Source: Azolla caroliniana (Eukaryota; Plantae; Polypodiophyta). From it: DNA of 64,000 bases. The notes below the pieces were generated by a model, which saw nothing but the letters and a program-made list of their open reading frames with translations, was not told the DNA's origin and did not search any database. The position numbers and the translations under genes are program-made. This document shows positions 10,760-21,554 of the stretch, one piece after another. The stretch's first letter is position 1. Each line of letters starts with the position of its first letter. The stretch is taken from the NCBI GenBank assembly GCA_043228905.1, contig JBHGNT010000018.1:6882001-6946000 (forward strand), in the 5' to 3' direction.

Positions 10760-13700
10760 ATTCCTTCTCTCAAAGTTCGACACCTCTCATAGTACTAATC
10801 CTTCTCTGTCTTAGTACTATTCCCCAACAATAGTACTAATCCTTCTTTTAGTACTAATTCCTTCTCTGCCTTAATAGAGTTCCTGACACCCTCATGAAGA
10901 CATGTAAGCAAACATTTGTTGGATTTGGTACATATAGATGTATGGGGACCAACAAAAAATGCATCAATTGGTGGCTGTAGGTTTTATGTAACATTTTATT
11001 GATGATTGAGTCTCAAGGAAAACATGGGTTTACTTCATGAAAGAGAAAAGTGAAGTATTTGATTGCTTTCGTAAGTTTAAAAGTAGACTAGAACTAGAAT
11101 AAAATGTTTAAGATCTGATGGAGGAGGGAAATACTTCTCAAATGAATTTTCTAATTTTCTATGCAATCAAGAAATAAGGAGACAATTCACATGTAGATAT
11201 ACTCCACAACAAAATGGAGTGGCTTAGAGAAAAACAAAACTTTGGTGAACATAGCAAGAGCCCTGATGACTGAAAAAAGTATGCCATTGTATTACTGGGC
11301 AGAAGCTGTAAACACAACAAACTTTATTCTAAATAGATGTATAACATATGGAGTACATGAAGTAACTCCTGAAGAATGCTTCTATGGAAGGAAACCTAGT
11401 TTAGGACACTTAAAAGTGTTTGGATGCCTTGCCTATGTTCATGTACCTAATGTAGTAAGAAGTAAGCTTGATTCAAAGCTGAAAAATGTGTTCTTGTTGG
11501 ATATTCAGAGGAGCAAAAAGGGTACAAATGCTATAACCCTTTGACAAAAAAGATTGTGGTAAGCTGTGATGTAATATTTGATAAGTTGGGCAGTTGGTAT
11601 AGCCCAAAACAAAAAGAAATTGATGAAGACAATGAAAATGAAGACACGGGTGAATTTAAAAATGGAAGAGATTGCCATGGAAATGGAAACAATGTTGGAC
11701 AACAAAGTTCAACATTAATAGAATGTACTGGACCATCTGAAAAATCTGGTAGTAAATCTGAATCAAATGGTTAGAGTGGAAAGAATGCACGACAAAAAAT
11801 ATATGATGATAAAAAGGGAAAACAGAAGATGGCAGAATATGAAATGTTTGATGAAGGATCTAGAAACATTGAAGATGTAGATTCAGATACATCATTGGAC
11901 GATGAGGTGGGTATACGAGCCTTGAAAACTCCTAGTATTGAGAAGGCAATGAAAGATACAAATTAGAAACTGAGAAGATCAAATAGAGAGAAAAAGACAG
12001 TTGAAAGATTTGGTTATGATACATACATGGCTAGGCATCATGCATATATGTCTAAAGTGGTACAGATTCTTGACCCAAATAGTTTTGATAAAACAAAATC
12101 TTATAAGAAATAGGTGAATGCAATGCAAGATGAAATAGATGCATTGGTTGAAAATAAAACATGGGATTTAGTAAAGTTACCAAAAGGAAAAAATGTTGTA
12201 GGTTGCAAATGGGTCTACAAAACAAAGCATGATTCCAATGGGAATGTAAGTAGACATAAAACAAGACTTGTGGCAAAGGGATATGCCCAGATGTAAGGAA
12301 TTGATTATGATGAAACATTTGCACCGGTTGCAAAAATGGCAACCTTGAGGACACTACTTGTTGCAAGTGTAGCCAAAAGATGGGTTCTGCACCATATGGA
12401 TGTAAAAAATGCTTTTTTACATGGTAACTTAGAAGAGGAAGTATACATGTGCCAACCACCATGATTGGAAGATAAGAAGCATCCAAAATATGTTTGTAAG
12501 CTGAAAAAGGCTCTCTATGGACTGAAACAAGCACCTAGAGCATGGCACAAGGAACTTTCAGAATCTCTGAAAGAGAATTGCCTTCAAAATATCAAAAGCT
12601 TATCCATCATTGTATGTAAAGAAGATGAATGATTGCATAGTTGTGATTTTGATTTATGGAGATGATTTAACCATCAGAGGTGATTCTATGGAAGAAATTA
12701 ATAAGTTGAAGAAAAATTTGGAAATGCAATTTTATATGAAGGATTTGGGAGAGTTGAGATACTTTCTTGGTATTGAGATGATCAGATCTGAAAGTGGTAT
12801 ATATATGTTGCAAAAACAGTATGCAACAACTATGTTGAAGAAGTATGCTATGCTTGGATGCAAACCTATTGATGTACCACTGAATAAGAATTGCAAACTG
12901 AGGGCTGATTTGGGAGCCAAAATAGAAGATGTAAACATGTACAGGTCTATGGTGGGAAGCCTCATATATTTGACTATAACAAGACTTGATTTGAGTTATG
13001 TTGTTGGATTAGTCAGCTAGTTTATGCAATAGCCAACAAAGCCACACATGGACTACATTAGAAGAATCTTGAGGTATGTAAAAGCTACTTAGAACTATGG
13101 ATTGTTTTACAGGGTTAATCTGGACATAAATCTAGAAGGATATATAGATGTTGATTGGGTTGGAAGCCAAACTGATAGAAGATCCACAAGTGGATATATG
13201 TTTACATTGGGAAGTGCAACTATTTCATGGAGTAGCAAGAAACAAGCTACTGTTGCATTATCAAGTACGAAGCTGAATATAGAGGAGCTTCAATAGCTAC
13301 TTGAGAAGAAGTATGGATTAGAAGATTGCTTGCTAATTTGGGTGAGTATATAGATGGTGCGGTCACAATTTGGTGTGACAATATGAGTAGCATTCAGCTC
13401 GCAAAAAACCCAATGTTCCATGCAAGAACAAAGCACATTGAAGTGCATTATCACTTTGTTAGAGAGAAAGTGATTGATGGAAAAGTGGATCTGTTGTATG
13501 TAAACACAAATCAACAAGTTGGTGACATTCTTACGAAGGGACTAAGTGTGGAAAAACATATACAGTTTAGGGACATGATGGGAGTTATAACCATTGGTAT
13601 GATAGTTGAAAAGCATGAAGGAAAGAAGACTGAAGATGATCTCAAGAAAGGATAAGTTGAGCTTGAGGGGGAGTGTTGAGAAACAAGCTCAACAAAAGCA

Positions 13701-15264
13701 TATGATGCATATTGGTAAGTGAGATCTCCTATAGTAGCTATTGGGAAATTAGCTACTATTAGGCATATAGGCAAAACAACTATTTAGCTACTCACAACTA
13801 ATTAGCTGCATATGTAAGTCATTTATAACTTTGGTAAAAATGTAGTAATGAGTGTAGTTGTAAGAGGAGAAGAAAACTGACGAGAGAGCATTTCTCTACG
13901 TGTAATGAAATAGAAGCTTTTGGGTTGCTACAGAGGTAAGTCTCCTTCCCCCTTCCTTTTCTATCTTGAGCACACCAAATGATCCAGCACATCCCGATCC
14001 GTTGTGCATTAAGAAGAGTCGGAGCCTTCATAACACTCCGGATATGACTAGTTCCAGCTAGCCATGGAGACTAGGAATATCACGATGATGCGAACCCCTC
14101 TCGGCCTAGTTCAGATGTGTACCCAACCGCAAGGAGGAACCAACTCGGTGGCGGACATGGTGAATGCAATGAACAAGGTTTTGTGGGACTGCATCCCTGA
14201 CATCACTATGCCTTTCTTGGATGACATCCCGATCAAGGGATGTCCGAAGGAAGCGAAGGATGAATCGATCGGGCCGGAGGTTTGTCGTGGACCACATCTT
14301 CGATTGTGAGAAGATATTGTAGAGGCTTGAGGGCGCTCGACTTACCTTCTCTAGGGAGAAGTTGGTTTTCGGACAATCTGAGATCCTAGTAGTGGGGCAC
14401 CTGTGTGGACCATACGACCGGAAACCGTCTCCGGCGAAAGTAGAGGCAATCTTCGCGATGAAGGAGGAATGCGGGTCTGTCACAAAAGTCTGGCGATTCC
14501 TAGGAACATGCGCCTTCCATCACATTTGGATCCCACACTACGCGCACCTTGTCAAGCTACTCTATGAGTTGCTGAAGAAGGGTAGGAAGTTCGAATGGGG
14601 CGTAGAGCACACAGAGGCTGTCCGGAAACTAAAGGAGAGGTTGACGAGAGCACTGGCTCTCCGAAAACTGAAGGAGAGGATGACGGGAGCACCGACTCTC
14701 CGGAAAGCGGTATACAAGGCCGGTACTCCGGTTTACGTAACGGTGGGTACGAGTCTGACCAGAATTGGGTGGGTGGTTAATCATGAAGACGACGACTGCA
14801 CACGCTTCCCCATCCAGTTGGTGTGAAGGTGCTGAGCGAGCGGCAATGAGGATACGCCCAGGTTAAATGTGAAATCTGGGGTATCGTTTCGGCGATCAAG
14901 GCCGATAAAGATTACTTGATTGGGACGGAGGTAATAATTGAGACAGACTGCCTACCAATCCTTGGTATGGTTTCCAGATGCATGACTCCGGACCTGACAA
15001 TGCTCAGGTGGATCGCCTACATCAAGTCCCCAAATTCGGAGATACAACACATCTCCGAAAAGGACAACACCATGGCCGATAGGCTCTCAAGAGCACGGTT
15101 TGAGAATGAAGACGACATGGTGTCGGTAGACGAAGAGGTCGGCGTGGACTTCTTTGAGTCGGCTCGGATGTCGGCAAACAAGCGGATCGCTCCAGCCTTG
15201 TATGAGTTCAACGAGGACGACTACGATGGGGAGTGGCTTCTGATCGGAAGATTCCTGAGCACGA

Positions 15265-16991
15265 TGTCGTGATGTTTCTAACACAGTGTGAAACCACCCT
15301 CGAAAAGAAGTAAAATAATAGTTCAAATAAACTAGTATTGTGAAGTCAACTTTATTGGTAGCAAAAATACTTTTTCATTTGCCAAAGATAATTTTTTATT
15401 AATAAAAAGTCAAAGGATTGAACCTTACTATAAATAATGATGAATATTAAGTTAGAGGTAGTTTTCAAAAGTAGAGAAAAAGATGGGGAGAGAAAAGAAA
15501 AAAGAAGAAGCACGCGTGGATATGAGGAGCACAATAGAGAAAAAAGCTCATAATTTCCCTGTAAGATGTCCAAATTAGAAAAGAAAAGATGTATAAGAAA
15601 GCTAACCCAAAGATCTTTCCAAAAATATATTGTATGTGAAATTTGGGGCCAAAAAACAGAAATAGTGAAGAAAAGAAAAGTAGACTCATATAGACAAGCG
15701 TTTGTTTAAGGGGAAAAGGCAAGCAGTCCTAAACCTATAAATAAGAGCCTATTCTAGTGAAGAAGGGGGGGGGGGGGGGGGGGGAAGGAAGGCGGAAGCT
15801 CTACTCAATTGGAAAGCGGAAGAAGAAGGAGCAACAATATCAAGATGCATCATCAACAAAGAAAATCCATCTATATTCCACTCTCTTCTTTTCTCTACCT
15901 TGCTTCCCCCATTCCTTTATAAACAATCCTTCATATTCACATCCAACTCGTTGTAACATGATTCTTATATTATAAAAGAATCTATTATTTTGCAATAAAC
16001 TAATGTTTTGTTTCACCTATGTGTCTTATGTGTAAATCTTGATTGTGTTGTGCATGTGAGCTCTAATTCCTTCCGGTCCATAACACCGGCTGTTCCGTCT
16101 CACGATCCATACATAGTGACAGATTTTTCACGACAGAATAAAGTGGTGAACCTGACGTGAAGAGGAGGTAGGAAGGATCAAGTGCTTGAAATAGAAGGTT
16201 AGAGGATGGCTTCTTCGACAAATACCCAAGCTGACGAAGTGGCAAAGTTAGTGGCTATTGTCGAGCATATGATGAGAGCTCGAGATAATGATGCAAGTTT
16301 AGACAAGGCCATCGACCAAACCATTGAGATAGCGGGCCAATATGGTGGAAGAAACATCACAGATTTTCTCGCTACATACCAGACGGAGATGCAACAACGT
16401 GATGTCATCGAAGAGAAGCAAATATCAAGCTTCAAGCGTGTCGTAACAATTGGGTTACAAGGCCGTATAAGGGAGATTCAAGCCGCCCAAACAACATAGG
16501 TGCAATATGAAAGGGCGCTTTTGGCTGAATATATGCTTGAAGATGCGTTGAGGATGACTCATCATACGTTGATGAAGTGGATCGAGAAGAAGGGGAAGAA
16601 CATGAACACATCGAGAGTGTACACCGAATTTGACCAAATGTACAACCATCTCCCGAGAACCGACCAAACACTTCTCGAAGGAGATAAACTTTTGTACTTC
16701 TTAAAGGCGGTGGATGCAAAAGAGAGATGAGAACTAGGTAGTCTATTAGAGGACGAAGCACAACCCAATGCTCTCATAATGGATTGGGTTTTGGTAAGAA
16801 GAGCATGTGATTGATTCGACAAGCATCGTCGATGGCTAGATGATTCCGACATGGCGGGCCCGGTATTCCAAAGAAGGAAGGCTCCGATAACAACTGAGAT
16901 GACAAAGCAAAGCAAGCCGACCGAAAGAGCGATGGAGAACTCTGTCATTGAAGAGTTGGCACGAAAATTCGAAGCGGTTTCATTAGCTAAT
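15265..16991 (+). mobile_element. Truncated non-chromovirus gypsy: 5' LTR 15265-16135, tRNA-Trp PBS, gag fragment
   Basis: TGTCGTGA...TCACGACA LTR with CTATAAAT near 15735; TGGTGAACCTGACGTGA at 16144-16160 is complementary to the 3' end of plant tRNA-Trp; gag-like GQYGGRNITDFLATYQTEM (16206-) with stops. Confidence 0.8.
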
Positions 16992-17660
16992 TGTAGAGAA
17001 TAGACGCGGAATATTGCTCGGCCACAACCGAGTCTTGAACAACTTCACTCAGAATTGTTGATGGGTGGGGGGTGGAGCCTAGAAGAGCTCCACCCCCCTC
17101 CCAAGGGGTTAAGTGAGAAGAAACTAGAGAGAGAGAGACAAAACAATTTTGAGAGGAAAACTTGTATATTTATTCATGTCCCCTATGGTGGGGTTATATA
17201 GGTACATTCCATGAGGGTTACAAATCAAGAACATACAATGAGGCTTGTAGATTAGTTATATAACCTTCTAACAACCTACCCATTATACATATTAATATAC
17301 TCACACTTATGTGCACATTTGCACATACACTTACACATGACTTTTAATACAATGACTTCACACTTATCTATCCACGTACCAACACACTTGTACTCTCATA
17401 CACTTTCAATCCCACGGATAACATATATGGCATGCCCGTGGGACAGCAGTGCCTTGCATAGGTGAACCCACATGCCTTCAATAAACACAAACATCGGTCT
17501 TTGGACCGGAACTTACGACTGGAACTCCCTCGGTCTTCTCCTATTGCATTGGTCGAAACTCCATCGACCAGGACACGCGTAACATGAACACAAACTCAAT
17601 GACACGAACCTCTTGTTCGATCGGAACATCCGCGAACATAGAACTGCGGTACTCTCTTTT
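16992..17660 (-). mobile_element. LTR fragment whose 3' end resembles the LTR end at about 59735-59798
   Basis: Reverse complement of 16992-17055 matches GTTCAAGACTCGGTTGTGG.CGAGC..TATTCCGCGT..TTCT.TACA; hairpin GGGGGGTGGAGC..GCTCCACCCCCC; right boundary uncertain. Confidence 0.5.
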
Positions 17661-17729
17661 TCGGTCTCGAAATGATATTGTGTATGTATTTTTTTCTTTT
17701 GTTTTTTTTTGGTGTGAGTTGTGAGTTTA

Positions 17730-17875
17730 CAAAATTTTAAGATCTGCCCTTGAGATTTTTGAAATTCTGTTTGATGCCCTTGAGGTTTTTGAAACTCTCC
17801 ATTTGCCCTCCAATTTTTGAAATTTGGATTATGCCCTCATGCTTCACAAATTCAGCAAATGCCCTTATCATTTTT
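17730..17875. repeat. About 30-bp degenerate tandem units containing TGCCCT, resembling Mutator-type TIR subrepeats
   Basis: Five TGCCCT cores with TTTTTGAAA spacers; no partner TIR or TSD located. Confidence 0.35.
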
Positions 17876-20795
17876 TAAGATTGTCTCTTTTTGTCCTTCG
17901 TTTATGTTTTTTTATTTTTTATTTTCTGTCTGTAGTCATCTCCTATTTGTGTTTGGGTATGTCCATGCTTGCTTCCTCTCCTCTCTTGTTTCTCGTCCAC
18001 TTCTTCTGCTGCATTTCAGTTCTCCTCTTTTTCTTCAGTCCTCTCCTCTATTATTATTTTTCTCTTTCTTCTTTCGTCTTCTTTCCATTGTCCAGTCCAC
18101 TACTGGCCACCACTCGGCTGCTATGTAAGAAAAGTTCAGAAGATAATGGGCTGGATTGACAACAGAGAACAAGAGAGAGTTTTCCAGAATGAAGAACAAG
18201 GTAAGATCTTATATTAAAACAGGTGTATTGCAAATTATGTAAGAACCTACAGAAAACTCTAGATGTAGTACCACACACATCTCTAAACAATACTTTCATC
18301 CATATATATATACAAAGAAGTAACAACTAGCCGTTACTTCTTTGTAACTGTTGTTTTGTCTTTTTTCCTTATTGTCTTTTGTAACTCATGTTTTTTCTTT
18401 ATCCTCATAACTCATGTCTTATCATTTGTGGTGTAAACAGGTAATATTAACACCCCCCCGTAGCTGTGACACCACCAACTCATCTATTTGGATGAATACT
18501 TAATCCAATATGGTGGCAGCAACTCCAATGTTTTGCGTTGGGTACTGGCTTGGTAAGAAAATCAACCCACATAGTTTGTGTTGAAGTATGTCCAATCGAG
18601 AGGTTAGATTCTTCAAGAAGTTCTGAGATGAAGTGATGTCGTGCACAGATATGCTTGTTCTGCTCTGTGATCTTGGGGTCCTTAGTAATTTTGATGCAGG
18701 ATTGGTTGTCACACCATAACTTGAATTCAGAAATTTTGAGGATGGCAAGTTCATCAATGATGGACTTCAACCATAATCCTTCCTTAGTAGTGAGAGTAGC
18801 TGCTATATATTCTGCTTCAGTGGAAGAGAGGGCGACAGTAGCTTGTTTCTTTGTTCGCCATGAAATGGCACCACTTGCAAATAGGAATACATAACCAGAG
18901 GTGGATCGAGAGGTATCCCTGTCCCCCCCCCAATCTGCATCCGTCCAACCATGTAGTGGTGTTGATAGCCAGCCTTGGATATTTGAATGTTGGGCTTTAG
19001 AGTATGATGTGTAAGTAAGTGTCATATCCCTTGTGTACTTTAGATACCGTAATACTCTTTTAAGTGCTTTCCAATGGTTAACTCCTGGATTCTCCATGAA
19101 TCTTGATAGGTATCTAGTGGCAAAAGATAAGTCAGGTCGGGTGCAGCTAACGAGGTATTGAATGCTCCCCAACACTTGGCGATACGGGATATTCTTCATA
19201 AAGTAAGTTTCTTCAGTTTTATGTGGTGAATCTTCAGATGATAATTTGCATGGTACTGTGAGGGGAGTGGAGATTGGAGAACACTCAAACATATCAAACT
19301 TGGTTAGTATATTATCAACAAAGTTTTCTTGTGATAGGGAGAGTGTACCTAGAGTTCGATTCCTTTTTACATGAATCCCAAGAAAATGTTCTAGTGGCCC
19401 AAGATGTTTGATAGGGAATTGTTGTCGTAACTCAGCAATAAATTCCATTACCAAGTCTTCCGATGTCCCAGCAGTAGGTAAATCATCTACATAGACTCCC
19501 AAGAGTAAGAATTCTATTCTTGTTTTCCTTATATATATATTAGGTTCTGATTGAAGTTGTTGAAATTTGATTGATAAGAGGAACCTATGAAACTTGGCAT
19601 ACCATTGTCTAGGGGATTGTTTTAGGCCATATAAAGGTTTGTTAAGTTTACACACATACTTAGGGTCTATATTATTATCTAACATTTGGGGTTGTTCCAT
19701 ATATATATCTTCTTCTAAATCACCATGTAAAAACGTTGTTTCAACATCAACATGATGAAGTTCAAGATTTAAATATGTCGTAATGGCAATAATCAATCGA
19801 AGTGCAGTGATCTTTAGAGTGGGTGAAAAAGTTTCATGGTAGTCCACACCTGGTATTTGTGAGAATCCTCGAGCTACTAATCTCGCTTTGAACCTCACGG
19901 GAGTACCTAGGGCATCATATTTCTTTGTAAAAAGCCACTTACAAGTGATGACATTGGCGTGACAAGGCCACGATACTAATGTCCATGTGTGATTCTTTTG
20001 GAGTGCTGAGAATTCAGATTTAATTGCCGCAACCCAATTGTCTTTTTCTTTACTTTTTAATGCTTGCTTGAAGGTGAGAATTGGAGTTGTGTCATAGTTG
20101 TCTCCTTCGATGATGGCTGCAAAGATGGATATGTCGGACTCCGTCTCTATTGCGAAGTGACATGTGGAATTTTCAAGCATCTCGTCCTTAGTTGCATCAT
20201 AGATATCACTAAGTAACCTTACCTTAGTCTTTTTAGCCCTAATTTCTTTGTCTTTTAAGGTTGTTTTGGAGAGGTTGCAGGTTTTTAGGCGGTCGAGATC
20301 CATATTCTCAGATTTGGAGCTTTGTTTTCTTGCAGTCATGGAGGATGCACAGGGTTGGATGTGGTCGCCACTCGTATGCTCAGGTTCAAGGCTTCGAGTA
20401 ATATATTGTGCAGTGGATTGATTGTTGCTTTTGAGGCTCCGGTCATACACTTGTTCACCTTCGGGGCTTTGAGCATCAGATTGGCGGAAAAATTGACTAC
20501 CAATTTTGAGATTTTGAGGATACTCTGAGGTGTAAGGTTGTAGGTGACCTAAACTTGTATGTTCAGATTCACAATTTCGACATTCGGATGTTGAAGAAGA
20601 GCTGTTGGGTTGTTGGCAGTGCATTAGCACATCCTCAGGTTCGAGACTTCGAGTGGCTGATTTGGTAATCATAGGCTTGGTGGCGGTCTTCGCAGCAGAG
20701 ATTGCCAACCCCTCATCTTGAGTGGTTAAGATCTGAGAATGAGGTAATTGGTTGAGTTTCTCTCCTCTGTTTTTTGTTGCATTAGTTGTTGGCGC

Positions 20796-21554
20796 TGTCG
20801 GGAACTCAACGCTCCTTATACGCAACGCTCGGCCTCAACCGAGCTTAGAATCATACACAGAGAACGGGAAATGAAGAACGACACAATGGAAGAGAGGAGT
20901 ACGTAGGATGTTTAACGTGGAAAACCCCAAACTAGGGGAAAAACCACGGCAGCCCACAGGCTGCAAACTATCACTAGGTTAGTATGTACAATAGTGAGTT
21001 CACGGAGGCAACAACCTCGTGCTCACAATCTTCGCCACAGGCGGCGGTTACAATAGAGGCAACGACCTCTTTCTCTCTCTCTCTCTGTACACTGTTATGC
21101 GCTCTAATCTCACATAGACAAGAAATAATAACAACAACAACAACATCTAAAAGTTTGCCCTAAGTCATATTTATACTAATATAACCTCGATGGGCTCTCA
21201 GAAACATATTTACAAATATGTCTCTTCGTCCGGTGAGCATTCCTCACCGGGTCAGCACCATCCGGCTCTCCGTAGCCGGGTACTTCTCATCCGGTTCTCA
21301 CCGGGTCTGCACCATCCGGCTCTCCGTAGCCGGGTACTCCTCATCCGGATCTCACCGGGTCTGCACCATCCAGCTCTCCGTAGCCAGGTACTCCTCATCC
21401 AGTTCTCACCGGGTCTGCGTCATCCGGCTCTCCGTAGCCAGGTACTCCTCATCCGGTTCTCACCGGGTCTGTGTCATTCGGCTCTCCGTAGCCGGGTACT
21501 CCTCATCCGGTTCTCATCGGGTCTGCACCATCCAGAGGAACCTGTCTCGCAACA
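20796..21554 (-). mobile_element. Solo LTR of the Tnt1-like copia family inserted in the copia integrase-RT linker
   Basis: TG...CA ends; TSD GGCGC/AGCGC; start resembles the LTR at 59215. Confidence 0.85.
21243..21535. repeat. 54-bp tandem repeat, about 5.4 copies, in LTR U3
   Basis: Unit CTCACCGGGTCTGCACCATCCGGCTCTCCGTAGCCGGGTACTCCTCATCCGGTT. Confidence 0.92.

Larger units (their letters stand above)
5117..10888 (+). mobile_element. Young, structurally complete Ty3/gypsy chromovirus (Tcn1-like); LTRs 5117-5581 and 10416-10888
   Basis: TSD CCCTC (5112-16/10889-93); TGTCA...TGACA LTRs that appear identical by eye except 8 bp of (CT)n; PPT AAAGGGGGGATAG; gag plus PR-RT-RH-INT-chromodomain. 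Confidence 0.97.
2264..14035 (+). mobile_element. Full-length decayed Ty1/copia retrotransposon (LTRs 2264-3434 and 13674-14035)
   Basis: TSD CTCCG on both sides; TGTTGAG...TAACA LTRs; PBS TGGTATCAGAGC at 3435-3446 (tRNA-iMet); gag (3591-4214), zinc knuckle CFHCGKPGH, protease, integrase, RT and RNase H fragments with many stops and frameshifts; PPT GAGGGGGAG before 13674. Confidence 0.93.
587..15264 (+). mobile_element. Decayed non-chromovirus Ty3/gypsy pol (protease, RT, RNase H) acting as host for nested insertions; its own sequence is about 587-915, 1377-2263 and 14036-15264
   Basis: Protease-like LFDHRSEINLMS (763-), PVILDELYITTARMETKVLD (1377-), RT MPFLDDIPIKG (about 14210), RFLGTCAFHHIWIPHYA, and RNase H VIIETDCLPILGM..MLRWIAYIK..NTMADRLSR. 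The sequence is continuous across the CTCCG target duplication at 2259-2263/14036-14040. Confidence 0.8.

Noticed and set aside
15400-15470. Possible tRNA-like module (GGTTCAATCC on the minus strand) in LTR 15265-16135
   Set aside because: No credible A box at the right distance; too degenerate to count.
18480-20825. 781-aa ORF taken as an independent gene
   Set aside because: It is the RT-RNase H half of the copia pol; its start codon comes from the inserted solo LTR.
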